This document shows positions 1-11,270 of a DNA stretch of 64,000 nt, piece by piece. The DNA is from Monocercomonoides exilis PA203 (taxonomy: Eukaryota > Protista > Preaxostyla): positions 868,001 through 932,000 of the forward strand of contig LSRY02000030.1 in assembly GCA_001643675.2 (NCBI GenBank). The letters are read 5' to 3'. Both the position numbers and the translations under genes were made by a program. Below the pieces are notes generated by a model. The model saw nothing but the letters and a program-made list of their open reading frames with translations. It made no database searches and was not told where the DNA came from. How positions within the stretch are numbered: the stretch's first letter is position 1; every line of letters starts with the position of its first letter.

Positions 1-2214
1 TCATTCTCTTCAATTGCAGAGCTGAGCATTACTCCTTCATTGTTTTATGTTGCTGATGGAGATTTTAAGCTGGCTTATTGTACAATTTCTTCAGTGAATT
101 GCATTTCGTCAATGTTTAATTTTTCTTCCACAGCTGATGGTGTTGAAATCTCGTTTCTCAAATGTTATAATTCTTGTCTTTCTTCTTCAATTATTGAGAT
201 TGATAACGGCCAATCAAGCATACAAAACATTTCATTGGAGAAAATGGAATTGAAAAACATTTCTTTAAGCTCAAAGGAAGCAATTGGCATTTCTTGCTAT
301 TCTTCCTCAAACAAAGCCAGCATCAAACTCTCTTCTGTTGTTTTTGACTCGATTTCTCGTACGAATGGAGGGCCATCAGCAAGCAAGGCCTTTTTGCTTG
401 GCTTCTATTCGACAATTGTCTTTGAGAACTGCACATTTTCGAGTTGAACCTCACCCTCTCCTCAAGGCAGTGTTGAGTTATTGGACAATGTTCAGAGCCT
501 GAAAATGAGAGACTGCCATCTCTTTGGCATGAACAATGCACAGAGTGTTGCTGCTGCTGCTATGAACAACTCTGTATTCTCAAAGGAGATCTGTTGATGG
601 AATGGATCTCTGTTTCATCTGGCTTCATCGGACATGTTGATGCAGCTTTCGACTGTTGCAGACTCTCCAAAGGGAGGATTGTCGCCGCATATATCAAATA
701 CCTCACTGGAGAAGTGTGAGTTCAGAGACAACAACCCACAAATTACGAACTACGATTCAGCAAGACGCAACATCTTCTGTGAGAATAATGGAAAAGTGAA
801 CATCACTGACTTGAAGGGAAGCGACGGGCAGCTGCCAAACTCGTCTCTTTGGATCTCCTCTGAAGAGTGCACATTGGCAGAAAATATTCAAGACAGGGCA
901 TCATCACTGTTTATTCCGACGCTCAGCTCAGTGGATAGCGCAAACGAAGGAGAAAACTTGCGACTGACGTTCAAAGGAAACCTGCTAATTCCTTGCAATT
1001 TGTCTTTTTAGACCACACAGTCACAAGATATTAAACAAGATGAAATTGTAACAGAACAGACGAATCAGGTAGATCGGACTGAGCAGTCCGCTGAATACAA
1101 CTTCAGTGAATTCATTAGTGAAAACGAGGCTGTTTGGATTATTCCGTCATCAAGTGTTACAACTGCCCAGACAGATTGCATTATTACAGCAACAGTTCTG
1201 TTTGCGGGAAGTTCTGGCAAGAAAAGAGAAACAGCATCTGTTGTTCTGATGAATTCATCAGAAGGAATGAAACAAGTTGAGGGAAAAGCACAATTGGCAG
1301 GATTTGATTGGAAAGTTGTTGTTGTCATAATAATTTCAGTGCTTCTGATTGCTTTGGCATTTGCTTTAATTGTTGTTCTTGTGAAAAGAAGAAAGAATGA
1401 GCAAGAGAATCGATGGACAGTTGAGTGTGGAGAGGTGGAAGGAAGAGAGAAAGTTACAGAGAAAGAATACAAAACACTCGAAATGTCAGAAAGTGAGATG
1501 GATTTGGATAGACAACGCAATGACAGCTCAAGCAAGGTGCTTGATAAAGGAAAGGAAAGCGAGCAAAACAAAAGATGGAGAGAAGAGGAAGTGATTGGAG
1601 AGAGCACAGGCGGGATAATACTCACCTGTTTAGAGGAAGAGGACGAATGGGCAAGCAACTCTTGTACCAACTTACTGAGCAGCAACATTCCGCAATCTAT
1701 CAATCAACCTTCTTTTGATGCTGATGTGAATGTAGTTGTAGATGGAGATACCTTTTTGATTGATAAATCTTCTTTCACAGAATCAGCTCATGCGGCTTCA
1801 AATGTTTGTTTTTCTTCAGATATTATCCCTGATGCAGTTATGCAACCCGAAGGTTTCGAGTCCAGAAGATACAATGTTGAAGAAAGAAAACTGAACAAAG
1901 AAGTTGATATAGAAGAAAGAAAAGAAGGAGGAGAAAGTGATTTCAATTCGAGTAAAAGAAAGAAGAAGAGAAGCAAAAAGAAGAAAATAAAGAGCGCGCT
2001 GATCCTTGAAACTGTTCAAAGTGTTGATTGTCTGAAAGAACAGGGAAACAATAAAAAAAGCGAAGAAGCAAATACATCCGCAAATATTTGTACTGTGAAC
2101 GATTTTGTGACTGATGTGTTGTGCGTTGAAGAAGAAGAAGAAGAAGAGGTGGGCAAGAATGAGATATTCGATGATAAAAAGAAGAGGAAAAGAAAGAAGA
2201 GAAAGAAGAATTGA
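1..2214 (+). pseudogene. 3' part of a large Cys/Gly-rich single-pass surface protein (paralog of the 30101..38230 gene), with three in-frame stops and no kinase-like tail
   Basis: ORFs 40..447, 634..1011 and 1249..2214 share one frame, interrupted by TGA (445), TGA (595) and TAG (1009). CEFRDNNPQITNYDSARRNIFCENNG...KGSDGQLPNSSLWI matches GEFENNNPSIEGYPSARRNVICEGDG...KGGDGLKDNSSLWI of the 2709-aa protein. A TM segment (WKVVVVIIISVLLIALAFALIVVLVKRRK) is followed by a charged low-complexity tail. The 5' end lies outside the window. Confidence 0.75.
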
Positions 2215-3756
2215 AAAGAGATGCTTGAGAAGCTGATTCGATAAAATGGATATTGCAAATAGAATAGCAATGCAATACAACTTGTTCCAAAGTTTTTGAT
2301 TTATAAGCATTATTTCTTTCTTTCTTACAAATTTATATATGATTTTCATTTCTTGAATATTTTTGGATTATTTTGGAAATTTTTATTTTTAAATATTTTT
2401 ATTTAGTCAACCTATATTTATTACAATGAGTATTAAACCTGGTACAAGGTTAAAAGCCAGGAGTTTTTAATTTATTGATTTAATTTTATATTTTAGATAA
2501 TTTAATTTAAATTATAAATAACTTTTTTCAGGTTGAATTTTTAAATTTTTGATTATTTTTCAAAAAAAAAATGTTTACGTTTTTCAATTGAAGATGCATT
2601 TTTTGATTGATTAATAATATTGTTAAGATTTTATCGATTCATTTTTGAAAAATTGAAAAAACAAAGCCACAATTTTTTTATTGAATGAGCATCATTGTAT
2701 GATGAAAAATGTGATGTCACATTAAATACCGTGTGATTCTTTTCCTTGTGAAATCTTTTTTCAAAAAATATAGACAAAAAAAAAATAAATTAATAAATAA
2801 AAATTATCTGAAAAAACAAAACAAAAAACGGGGAAAGCAAAGTTTGGATGCAGAAAAATGTTCCTGGCTTTAATATTTCTAACATGGAACAAACAATAAC
2901 ACTGCAGGCGTTTTCGTTATATAATTTTGCACTTTTGATAAACTTCTTGTTATCAGAAAATTCAAAAAAATAAAATCGTTTTTTTGAAATACGTATAAGT
3001 TCACAAAACATTATGCAATGATATCATTGACACCTGTTCAAAAAAAAATGGGATTTCAAATGATTTTGAAATCTGAGAAAGAAAAATAAAGATTAGAAAG
3101 GTTCTGTAATTTAAAAATTAGAGCAAAAAATGCTTGAAAGTCTGTATTTTCCCATATATTCGATGTGATTATTTTCAGTTTCAACCTTTAAAAATGTGTT
3201 TTCCATTTCACATGTTTCATAATTTTTGACTTCTTGTGTATTTTTATTAAAAGAACCCAATTATTAATTTTTTGTGAATTATCACTTTGTGTTATTCAAT
3301 TGGATTGACAAAATATTTCGAAGTCAACAATCAAACTTCGATCTTTTGATCTGCAAATCAAGCAATTAGTTTTCAAAAATCACAAGCATCACAACAGAAA
3401 AAAAAAACTATTAACATGCTCAAAAATTTTGATACTCATAATTATCCCCTCCTTTTTTTTAAATAAAAAAAAAAAAATTTTTATCGTTGATAATAATTTT
3501 TTAAAAATCCAACAGTTATTGTTTTTATTACTGTGATTATTTGCTTATGAAAGCAGATATAGCAATTTGAACACATCAATATACACATTTGAGAGTTTGT
3601 GAAAACAAAAATATAGCACTCAATCAATATTTTTCCTCGAAAAATAAAAAAAAAGGAGTTTTATTTGTATCAGTTTTTTCTTTTCTTTTCTTTTTTGTCA
3701 ATGTAATAAAGCACTTTTTTGTTAAAAATTTCAACTATTCCATTTATATTATCTTT

Positions 3757-3758
<2 letters not shown>

Positions 3759-3795
<37 letters not shown>
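3759..3795. repeat. poly-T tract (37 nt)
   Basis: Direct reading of the sequence. Confidence 0.9.
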
Positions 3796-3799
3796 CTGC

Positions 3800-4420
3800 G
3801 AAATTCACCAAAAATAATTCTAATTCGAAAAAAAATAATTCAATTTCGAAATTCATTAAAAACTGAAATTTTTAATTTTTCTCGAGAATGGATTTCAGAA
3901 AAGTTCAAGTTATTTTTTAACCAATCAAATTTTATCACGCATAGATAACTGTTTTTTTTATTGCAACAATCAATAAATCATTTTTTTTGGAAAAAAACTT
4001 TTTTCGAAAATCATCACTCAAAAGATAAAAAAATATTTTAAAAAAAATTCATTCTATTGAATAACCAAATAAAAATTTAATAGATTTAATCACGATCATT
4101 GAATTATTTCTTCACAATAATGTGATTGTTTCATTGGCAAAATTTTGAATAATATCGGTTTTTAACATGAAAATGAATTTATTTCATTTTCAAATTAACT
4201 TCAATCAATAAATTTTCATTCAAAATGAAAGAAAATTTTTTTTATGAAAATGCAACATTTTTCAAATATTGATAAACAAAATTTGCTGATGAGATAAAAA
4301 TAAAAAATATTTAAAACCCCAAACACAAGTTATTCATTCCACAAATCAAAAAAATTTACGTTTCGAAATTGAATTATTCTTTTTCGAAATCGAATTATTT
4401 TTTTTCGATTTCGAATTATT
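3800..4420. promoter_or_regulatory. ~600-bp noncoding module with outward-facing TTCGAAATYGAATTATT arrays at both ends (copy 1)
   Basis: Arrays at 3801-3853 (minus) and 4361-4420 (plus). The interior is homologous, in inverted orientation, to 29217..29825, e.g. TTTTCGAAAATCATCACTCAAA and TTATTCATTCCACAAAT. The regulatory role is inferred. Confidence 0.5.
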
Positions 4421-5299
4421 TATTAGATAAATTGTGAAATAAATTGATCATTTCAAATTGTTTGTGTTATTTCAAGTTTCAGCCACGAATTTTAAATTAA
4501 CCGAGTTATTTTGAAATAACCGAGAAAAACTTAAATCTAATGGACGTTTTTGAAAATCATTGTATAGAAATATTTTTGATAGAAAAATGGTTGCAACCAT
4601 GTTCTGAATTGCATTTTATCATTTTCAATGGAAAGATTTTAAAAAAATTTTTTTTTTGAGTCTTGACGAAATTGAGTTTTAAACTGTAATTTAGAAATTA
4701 AAAAATCAAATTGTTCATAGGCATTTATTCAAATAACGATTGTTTGATAATAATATCATTTGTTCGTAAAAAATGAATCAGCAACTTCAATAAAAAATAC
4801 AGTTTTTTGTGAATTCTCTAGATTTTCCAATAATTTTCTCTCAAAAATTGTTTTCTTTTTTTCTTTTTTTTAGAAAAAAATGTATATTGAGAAAAAACAG
4901 TAATAAGACAATTACTTATTGAAATTAAAAAAAATGTTGTTGTTTTTATCTTTGATTAGATAGTTATTGTATCTTATCAAAAAAATATTATTCAATTCTG
5001 AACAAAATGAGGACAGATTAGAAGTTCTAACATTAAATTCAGAAATTTCATATCATGTCGTTTTCGAAAATTTGAATAGATGATTATGACATGCAAAATT
5101 TGAAGAATTTAATTTGTCGAAAGAAGAAGTGATTGTGAAGCGAGAAAAGGAAAAAAAAACAGAATATTATTCGAAGATAAGATGCACCTGATTGTATTAA
5201 AGGCAATATTCAAAGCATTTTATCAAAAAATGGATACATTTTCGAGAAAGTTCAGATTAAAACATCGAGATTCAACAAACAGATTATTGATGAATATAA

Positions 5300-6010
5300 T
5301 GAGCATGCGCGTTTGAATGCTCAGTCAGTTATTTCTTGCTTGCAGATTCTGTGGAAGAGACATATGTTGAATGCGTTCCCACAAAATTCAAAATGAAGAA
5401 TTTTCAATTTATTTTTTGCTCAACATTGATAGAAGGATAAAGTCTTTTATTTTATCAAGTTCAAGCAAAAGCTCCAAACAACGGATTATAATGTTATTTT
5501 AAGTCCTTTTACGAATACAAATGCAGAACAACAATAAATCCAGATGTTTACTAAGTGCTGCATAATGATAGCTATGAACTTTTTGAGTCTTCAAACAATT
5601 TGTTCAGTGAATATTTCAATACAAATGAAAATGAAAGGAGAATGTTCTAATCCTTCAGTTATGCAAATGCAGTGCTTTGATGTTTGATCAAACATCGAAA
5701 AAGGATTGGTTTAAAGACAAGACGATTTATGTTTCAGGAAGTGGAAATGATACATTTCAGCTTTGTGGTGCAAATGAATCAAATCCATGTCTGACAGTGA
5801 AGAAAGCCTTTGAGATGAGCGAGGTACAGATTAGCTTTACAACCACATTGATGGATGGAAATCATGTATGTGAGACAACAACTATTGCGACTGGGACAAA
5901 AAAAATTCTGTTATTGTTACAAACAAAGAGAGAAGTTTGATTGGAACAGTCGCATTTTCTTCATCATCTTCTTCTTCGGCAGGAGTGCTGTTCAGTGTGA
6001 AGTCAGCTCA
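5300..6010 (+). pseudogene. Heavily decayed fragment of the large surface protein / receptor pseudokinase family
   Basis: IYVSGSGNDTFQLCGANESNPCLTV...TLMDGNHVCETTTIATGTKKI matches FVSVRGGNSEEFCGANESYTCQTT...TLMEGNHTSETTTIEIGEKKI of the 30101 gene. Upstream, KFKMKNFQFI matches QFKMRNIQFI. Many stops and frameshifts. Confidence 0.75.
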
Positions 6011-7475
6011 TCAAAGAATGACACATACGAAGTTAAATTGAAGCTAATTAGCAAGTTCTTTCCCGACGGCAATATTACCACTAACAGAAGAAGAGTGCTT
6101 TAACCGCGAAGGACATGATAAAAATTGATAGCAAGTTGAACAATGGAAGCTGCAATAACAATTAAACAGAATTAAAAATTGCAAACAACCTGCAAGCGAG
6201 TAGTTGATTTTTGAATTTCATGAAAATTAAGTTAGATAAACGCGAGTTCAAATGTTTCATAGGAATTCAGCAATTTAAATCTGGATAAGAATACTAGCCC
6301 TGGGTGACGTGGTGACTTCTGACGTAACTTATTCGATTTTTGACGGACGTGACAGATTCTTCCACGTCACAAAAAAAAAGAAAAAAGAAAAAAGAAAGAA
6401 AAAAAAATGAAAAGAAAAATATTTATCTAACTTTCCATAACATATTTTTCACTGACGCGTGAGCGGTAATTGGAATTTTATCAAGTCACTGACGTCACTG
6501 AAGTCAGTGAAGTCGCTTCTCATCAATAATTCGAAAAAGCAAAAAATGAAGGAGAAGTGCAAAATGTGCAAGCCAAATTTCTAAAATTCTAACATCTCAT
6601 TTTTCAAAGAATAGCAACTATAACATTTCATTTTAATTTTTAATTTTCTCTTTTTTTATGAAAAAAGCTATATCAAAATCTTCAAAAAATTTGAAGAAAG
6701 CTCATTGAAAGTGAAGTACGTTTGAATTAGTTTGGAGAAGTTTGTTCGAAGTTTTTTTTAAGAATTAATAATTGTTTTGTTTTCTCATTTTGCTTATTGC
6801 TTGATGTGAAATGACTGTCATAATTGGAAAAAAGCAAATCACAATTACCACAAAAACCATCATTTTTTGTTATATGAATCATTCTTGGTTTTCAGCAACA
6901 CTTAAAAAAATTCTTTTTGAAAAATGTTTAATCACAAGAAACACTTTTGAATAAAGGAAAGGAAATTGGGATTTTTGATGATGAACAAAGCAGATCCAAT
7001 TTCTTTATTTGAATGAATAGAAATAACAGTTTGGAAAAGAATAAGACCTATTGAGATATTAAATAAGTGATGCTTGAATATGACAAAAATCTTTTCAATG
7101 AAGATTGAAGCAACAATTCATTTGAAAAAAATGTCTGAATGATTCAAGAATAAAATGAGAAAGTCATTTCAGCAAATTATTCATTTTCACTTTGTTTTGC
7201 TATTTCAATTTCATTTCGTTAAATGATATCATTAAAAACAAATATAATTAAAAAGTGCATAATGAATGCTTTCAATTTTGTAAAATGATTAAAAATTGTT
7301 AGAGTTTCAAAATGAAAAATTATTCCATTTCTGAACAGGCTCAAAAATTATGAAAAAATATTAAACGATCAATCGTCATCTTCCATTTTTTTTCTGAAAA
7401 TAATTAAGAACTTTATTGAGAATAAAAAATTGCACCTTCACATTCTTCTTTCATCTTTTCAGGCAATTCTTTTCT

Positions 7476-7910
7476 TCATTGCCTATTTCTTCGCGTCTTC
7501 CATTTGATCTTTCTCTTTTCTTCTCGGTCTTTCTCTCTCATCCAATTCACACTTTTTGCTAGCTCTTCAAGCTCTTCTGCAACCTCTTTCTCAAAATACA
7601 TCTCGATCACAAAAATTTCTTCAAAATTTTCATCGCTGAATGATAGATTTATCAAAAACTCCAAAGCCGATTGTTTTTCTTTACAGGTCAGGTTGTGATG
7701 TTTGCAATGATGTTTGATTTTCTCTTCGAAATCATTCAGATTCAGAATTTTTTCAAGTTCCTAATTTAAAAATAAGAAAAAGATCAATTATATCAAAAAA
7801 GAAACATCAACGCTCAAACATGAAATGCATTCACGTTGCTCAATGCCAATAAAGCTATTTCCACCTCTTTTTGTGTTTCTTTGCTCTTCCACATTGCAAA
7901 TTTCAAGCTA
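7476..7910 (-). pseudogene. Fragment of an expanded helical-repeat-like host gene family, inside the hAT-like element
   Basis: Minus-strand translation gives KETQKEVEIALLALSN, a short intron-like gap, then KHHNLTCKEKQSALEFLIN...EKEVAEELEELAKSVNW. This aligns with HFNLTHLAYQLAWVFL...EREAKRELEYLMKC in the 8860..9990 remnant. Confidence 0.65.
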
Positions 7911-8322
7911 TTAAAAAAAACTCAAAATAAAAACAAAGTTTTAATCGCAACAATCAAAAATTCAATTGCAACAACAATTGCACACTTTCATATTTTTCGG
8001 TAATGCTATTTTTCATTATTTTTGAGACACATTGCGTCCATAAAGCAAACTATTTTTCATATAACGTGAAAACAAAGCAAAATCTTTCAAAGAAGAAATC
8101 GATGATTAATAATATGATAAACAGTTCAGAAGAATATAAGCACTCATTTCATTCTCCTATGCATCTGTTCAAGTATCACAAAACACAATAACGCAGTTGG
8201 TTTTATAATCTATTTATGCAATAATGTTATTTGTGATTTCAAAATTTTCTCCAAAAAAAAATGTTAATATTTTAATGTTTCACATTCATTTTGATATTAT
8301 TATATTTTATTTAAACCAAAAG

Positions 8323-8325
<3 letters not shown>

Positions 8326-8364
<39 letters not shown>
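8326..8364. repeat. poly-T tract (39 nt) inside the hAT-like element
   Basis: Direct reading of the sequence. Confidence 0.9.
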
Positions 8365-8366
<2 letters not shown>

Positions 8367-8859
8367 TTTTCGAAGTGGAAAATTGGTGACGGACGTGACG
8401 AATTTTTTTCTTCACGTCACCCAGGGTTAAAGAATACTGAAACAATGTGGAAAAAATGCCACTATTCTTTTCAAAAATTATAATTCTTTGTGATGATTCG
8501 ATGGAGAAAGAAATTTGCTTCCATGAGCAATATTTTTTTCAATTTGATATATGGTTGAATTTTTTCTTATTTTCAAAAGTTCAAAATGAACGAATTTTTC
8601 TTTTCATTAATCAACATTGAAGAAAAAAGTGTATTATTTGATTAAAGAGCAATTGCAAACTTGAATTTTTTCAAATTTGATTCTTCCTTTTTTTTACGTT
8701 GATTATAAAAGAAAAATTGATCGCTTCACAATTTAGATAAACAAATGCTCTGTTCAAGGATGAGAAAAGCAAAAATACAAAAGCATGAAATATCAATAAA
8801 ATCTGAAAAGCAAAAAACAAATAAATATTCTCGATGATTTTTGAAAAAATATTAATTTC

Positions 8860-9990
8860 ATCTTCCTCTTATCTAAACATAACACAATCCATATATGAAA
8901 TCTTCGGAAAGTTCTCCTTCTATCTCTTCATATAGATTTCATCGTATCTCTTTCAGCTTCACTTCCTCCTATTCATTTTCCGTCTTTTCTTTCAATCTTT
9001 CTCATATTTCTTTGAAAGGAAGTTACCATCAATCATGATGTCTCTCTCACTGGATTCAAAAACTTACTCCAAATTAACATCAATTGCTTCACTTTTCAGC
9101 GAATCCTCAATCTGCGCATCTGAGCGATGAAATGTCATACCTAATGTTTCAATGCATCCATCACATGTTTCTCAACAATTATCTTTCCTTGCTCGATTCA
9201 AACGAGAAATATCTCCAATAAGCCCAGTAAATGCTTCATTTCACAATCAACAACATCGAAATAAATCAAAAATTGATTAAGCAATCTTCCAACACTAGCA
9301 ATACTTTTGCTTTTCTCTCTTTTTTATTTCTCTCTTCCGATGCATACATTTCATCAGATATTCCAGTTCTCTTTTTGCTTCTCTTTCTAAACTCTACTCA
9401 TTCACGTTGACATCTTCCAAACTCCTTTTTTCAAAAAATCAACTAAATAAAAACACCCAAGCCAATTGATAGGCAAGATGAGTGAGGTTGAAATGTATCT
9501 GATTATTCTTGAAAATCTCTTTGTTGTTATCTGGGTTTGATCTTTTTCAAATCCCTTATCAAAAAATGAGAATGATATTTGAAAATGTCAAAAATGAAGG
9601 AAAAATTGTCACACTATATTTCTAATATTTTTCAATTCCATCAAGATAATTTCAATTTTCTTTCTTCTTTGCTTTCCATTTTGTTCAAAACATTAAACAG
9701 ATGGTATCGAACACGTAATTCAAGTGAATCCAGCGCAGAGTTGTGACTAAGAGAAACATTGCATTGAAATGGATCACTCACTGGCTCTCCCTTCTTTTTC
9801 TTATTTCTTTTCATTTCATGAACATTGAACATTTCATCCTATAATAGATTTCTATTCTTCTTTATTCATTTCATCGTTCATTGAATTCTTTTCAAATATC
9901 ATCTACTTCTTTTCTCTTCATTTCTTTCTTCCAAACAGGAAAATAAATCTATTCAAAATAATAAAAAATATCCGACCATCAAGAAATCAT
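8860..9990 (-). pseudogene. Decayed near-full-length member of the same helical-repeat-like multigene family
   Basis: Minus-strand pieces: DEMNKEE*KSI; HFNLTHLAYQLAWVFL..RSLEDVNVNE*SLEREAKRELEYLMKC; NEAFTGLIGDISRLNRARKDN; IEDSLKSEAIDVNLE. Many stops. Resembles, from recall, an expanded Monocercomonoides family with HNLTRLAYQSAWEFL. Confidence 0.65.
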
Positions 9991-10765
9991 ACACAACAGC
10001 AACTGCATACTCGTGATCTAATTTGTGTCGTTTCTTTCCTGCATTTTAGCAATGGATGTCAATCAGAAAGTGCTGATAAAAAGTTATTCAAACTTTATGT
10101 AAGAAAGCTTTTTAAAAAGAAAATAAAATAGGTAGAAAATAATTAAAATGGACAAAAATAAATGCTCTCAAACCGGTTTTAATTGCATTTTTGTTTTCAA
10201 TCCATATGTGTCGAGAAACCTTGATAATGATTTGATCATTTACATAAATGAATATTTATCAATGCAAAAATTTCAAAAATAGAAAAATATTTCTATTATA
10301 TTGTTAGATATTGTTTGATGATAAAGTGTGAACCAATTGTTTTTGATTATTACATAGTTTCACTAAAATACAGAATGTTCAAAATACCAAAAAGGCGAAA
10401 CTCAACGGATATAAGTGAAACCTATCTTATAGATGGACGCAAATGCTCAATGAGCAGTTGTGTTTATTATAAAATTCATTATTTTATCAAAATAATTCGT
10501 TTTCACATTTGAAGGAAAATGATCAAAATTTTGTTAAAATTGTCAAAAAAAAGCTTTATTTATGAAAATCATAACACAATATTTAATGTTGATGCGTTTT
10601 TGGCTTCGACATGTAAAAAATGTTTTTTTGATAAATGCAAGACTGTCAGGTCACAATTGAAAAAAACTAGTTTTTCTTAAAAACACTGCCTTTATTTTAA
10701 AATTACTGGGGGAACTTGAAATAAACAGTTTATTTCGAAATATTTTTTTATTTCACAATTTATCT

Positions 10766-10817
10766 ATTCCGAATTTGAATTATTTTTTTTCGAATTAGAA
10801 TTATTTTTGGTGAATTT
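10766..10817 (+). promoter_or_regulatory. Single TTCGAA-array motif ~450 bp upstream of the 11271 gene
   Basis: TTCCGAATTTGAATTATTTTTTTTCGAATTAGAATTATTTTTGGTGAATTT is nearly identical to the reverse complement of 3801-3853. Confidence 0.5.
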
Positions 10818-11270
10818 ATTTTAACAAAAAATTCGAATTCATTAAAATTATTATAATATATTGTTCGTTTATTAAGATGAAAAAAATAAGTTTTTTATCA
10901 AATGTTCAACTCATGGAGTTCTAAAGAACGTTATTTTGATTGAAACGGTTTTTTGAAATAAAATGATGTTAAAATATGATCTCTGAACTTTTTCAAAATG
11001 ATGAGCAACCTTCGGTCAATAATGTAATTCTGAACAGAAAATTATTTTACTGATTTATTCAGCAATTGACTGAAGAGCAATTAAATAGTGTTGTAATCAT
11101 TTCCCCCATCAAAGACTTTTATGCGTTGCACCAACCTTTGAAAGAATTGGTATTGAAATATTTCTTAACTAAAGTATGATCAATTATACCATTAGTATAT
11201 TTTGATTTAGTCATTTGCTCTTTTTAATATCAGAGAAGCTTTTGCCATCAAAGTTAGCGCTATATAGAAC

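Larger units (their letters stand above)
6295..8429. mobile_element. Non-autonomous hAT-like DNA transposon (2135 bp, 17-bp TIR, 8-bp TSD)
   Basis: Left end TAGCCCTGGGTGACGTG (6295-6311) and right end CACGTCACCCAGGGTTA (8413-8429) differ by 1 mismatch. AAGAATAC is duplicated at 6287-6294 and 8430-8437. GTGAC/TGACG/GTCAC motifs cluster subterminally. No transposase is recognisable. An 8-bp TSD with short TIRs is typical of hAT. Confidence 0.85.

Noticed and set aside
4361-4420. TTCGAA arrays as CRISPR repeats or heat-shock elements
   Set aside because: There are no unique spacers or cas genes, the context is eukaryotic, and the spacing does not fit nTTCnnGAAn.
8326-8364. poly-T as the poly(A) tail of a retrocopy
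   Set aside because: It lies on the 5' side of the minus-strand fragment, which also retains an intron-like gap.
6298-8430. piggyBac interpretation (CCC...GGG followed by TTAA)
   Set aside because: The left flank is CTAG, not TTAA. Extending the TIR by 3 bp reveals a perfect 8-bp TSD.
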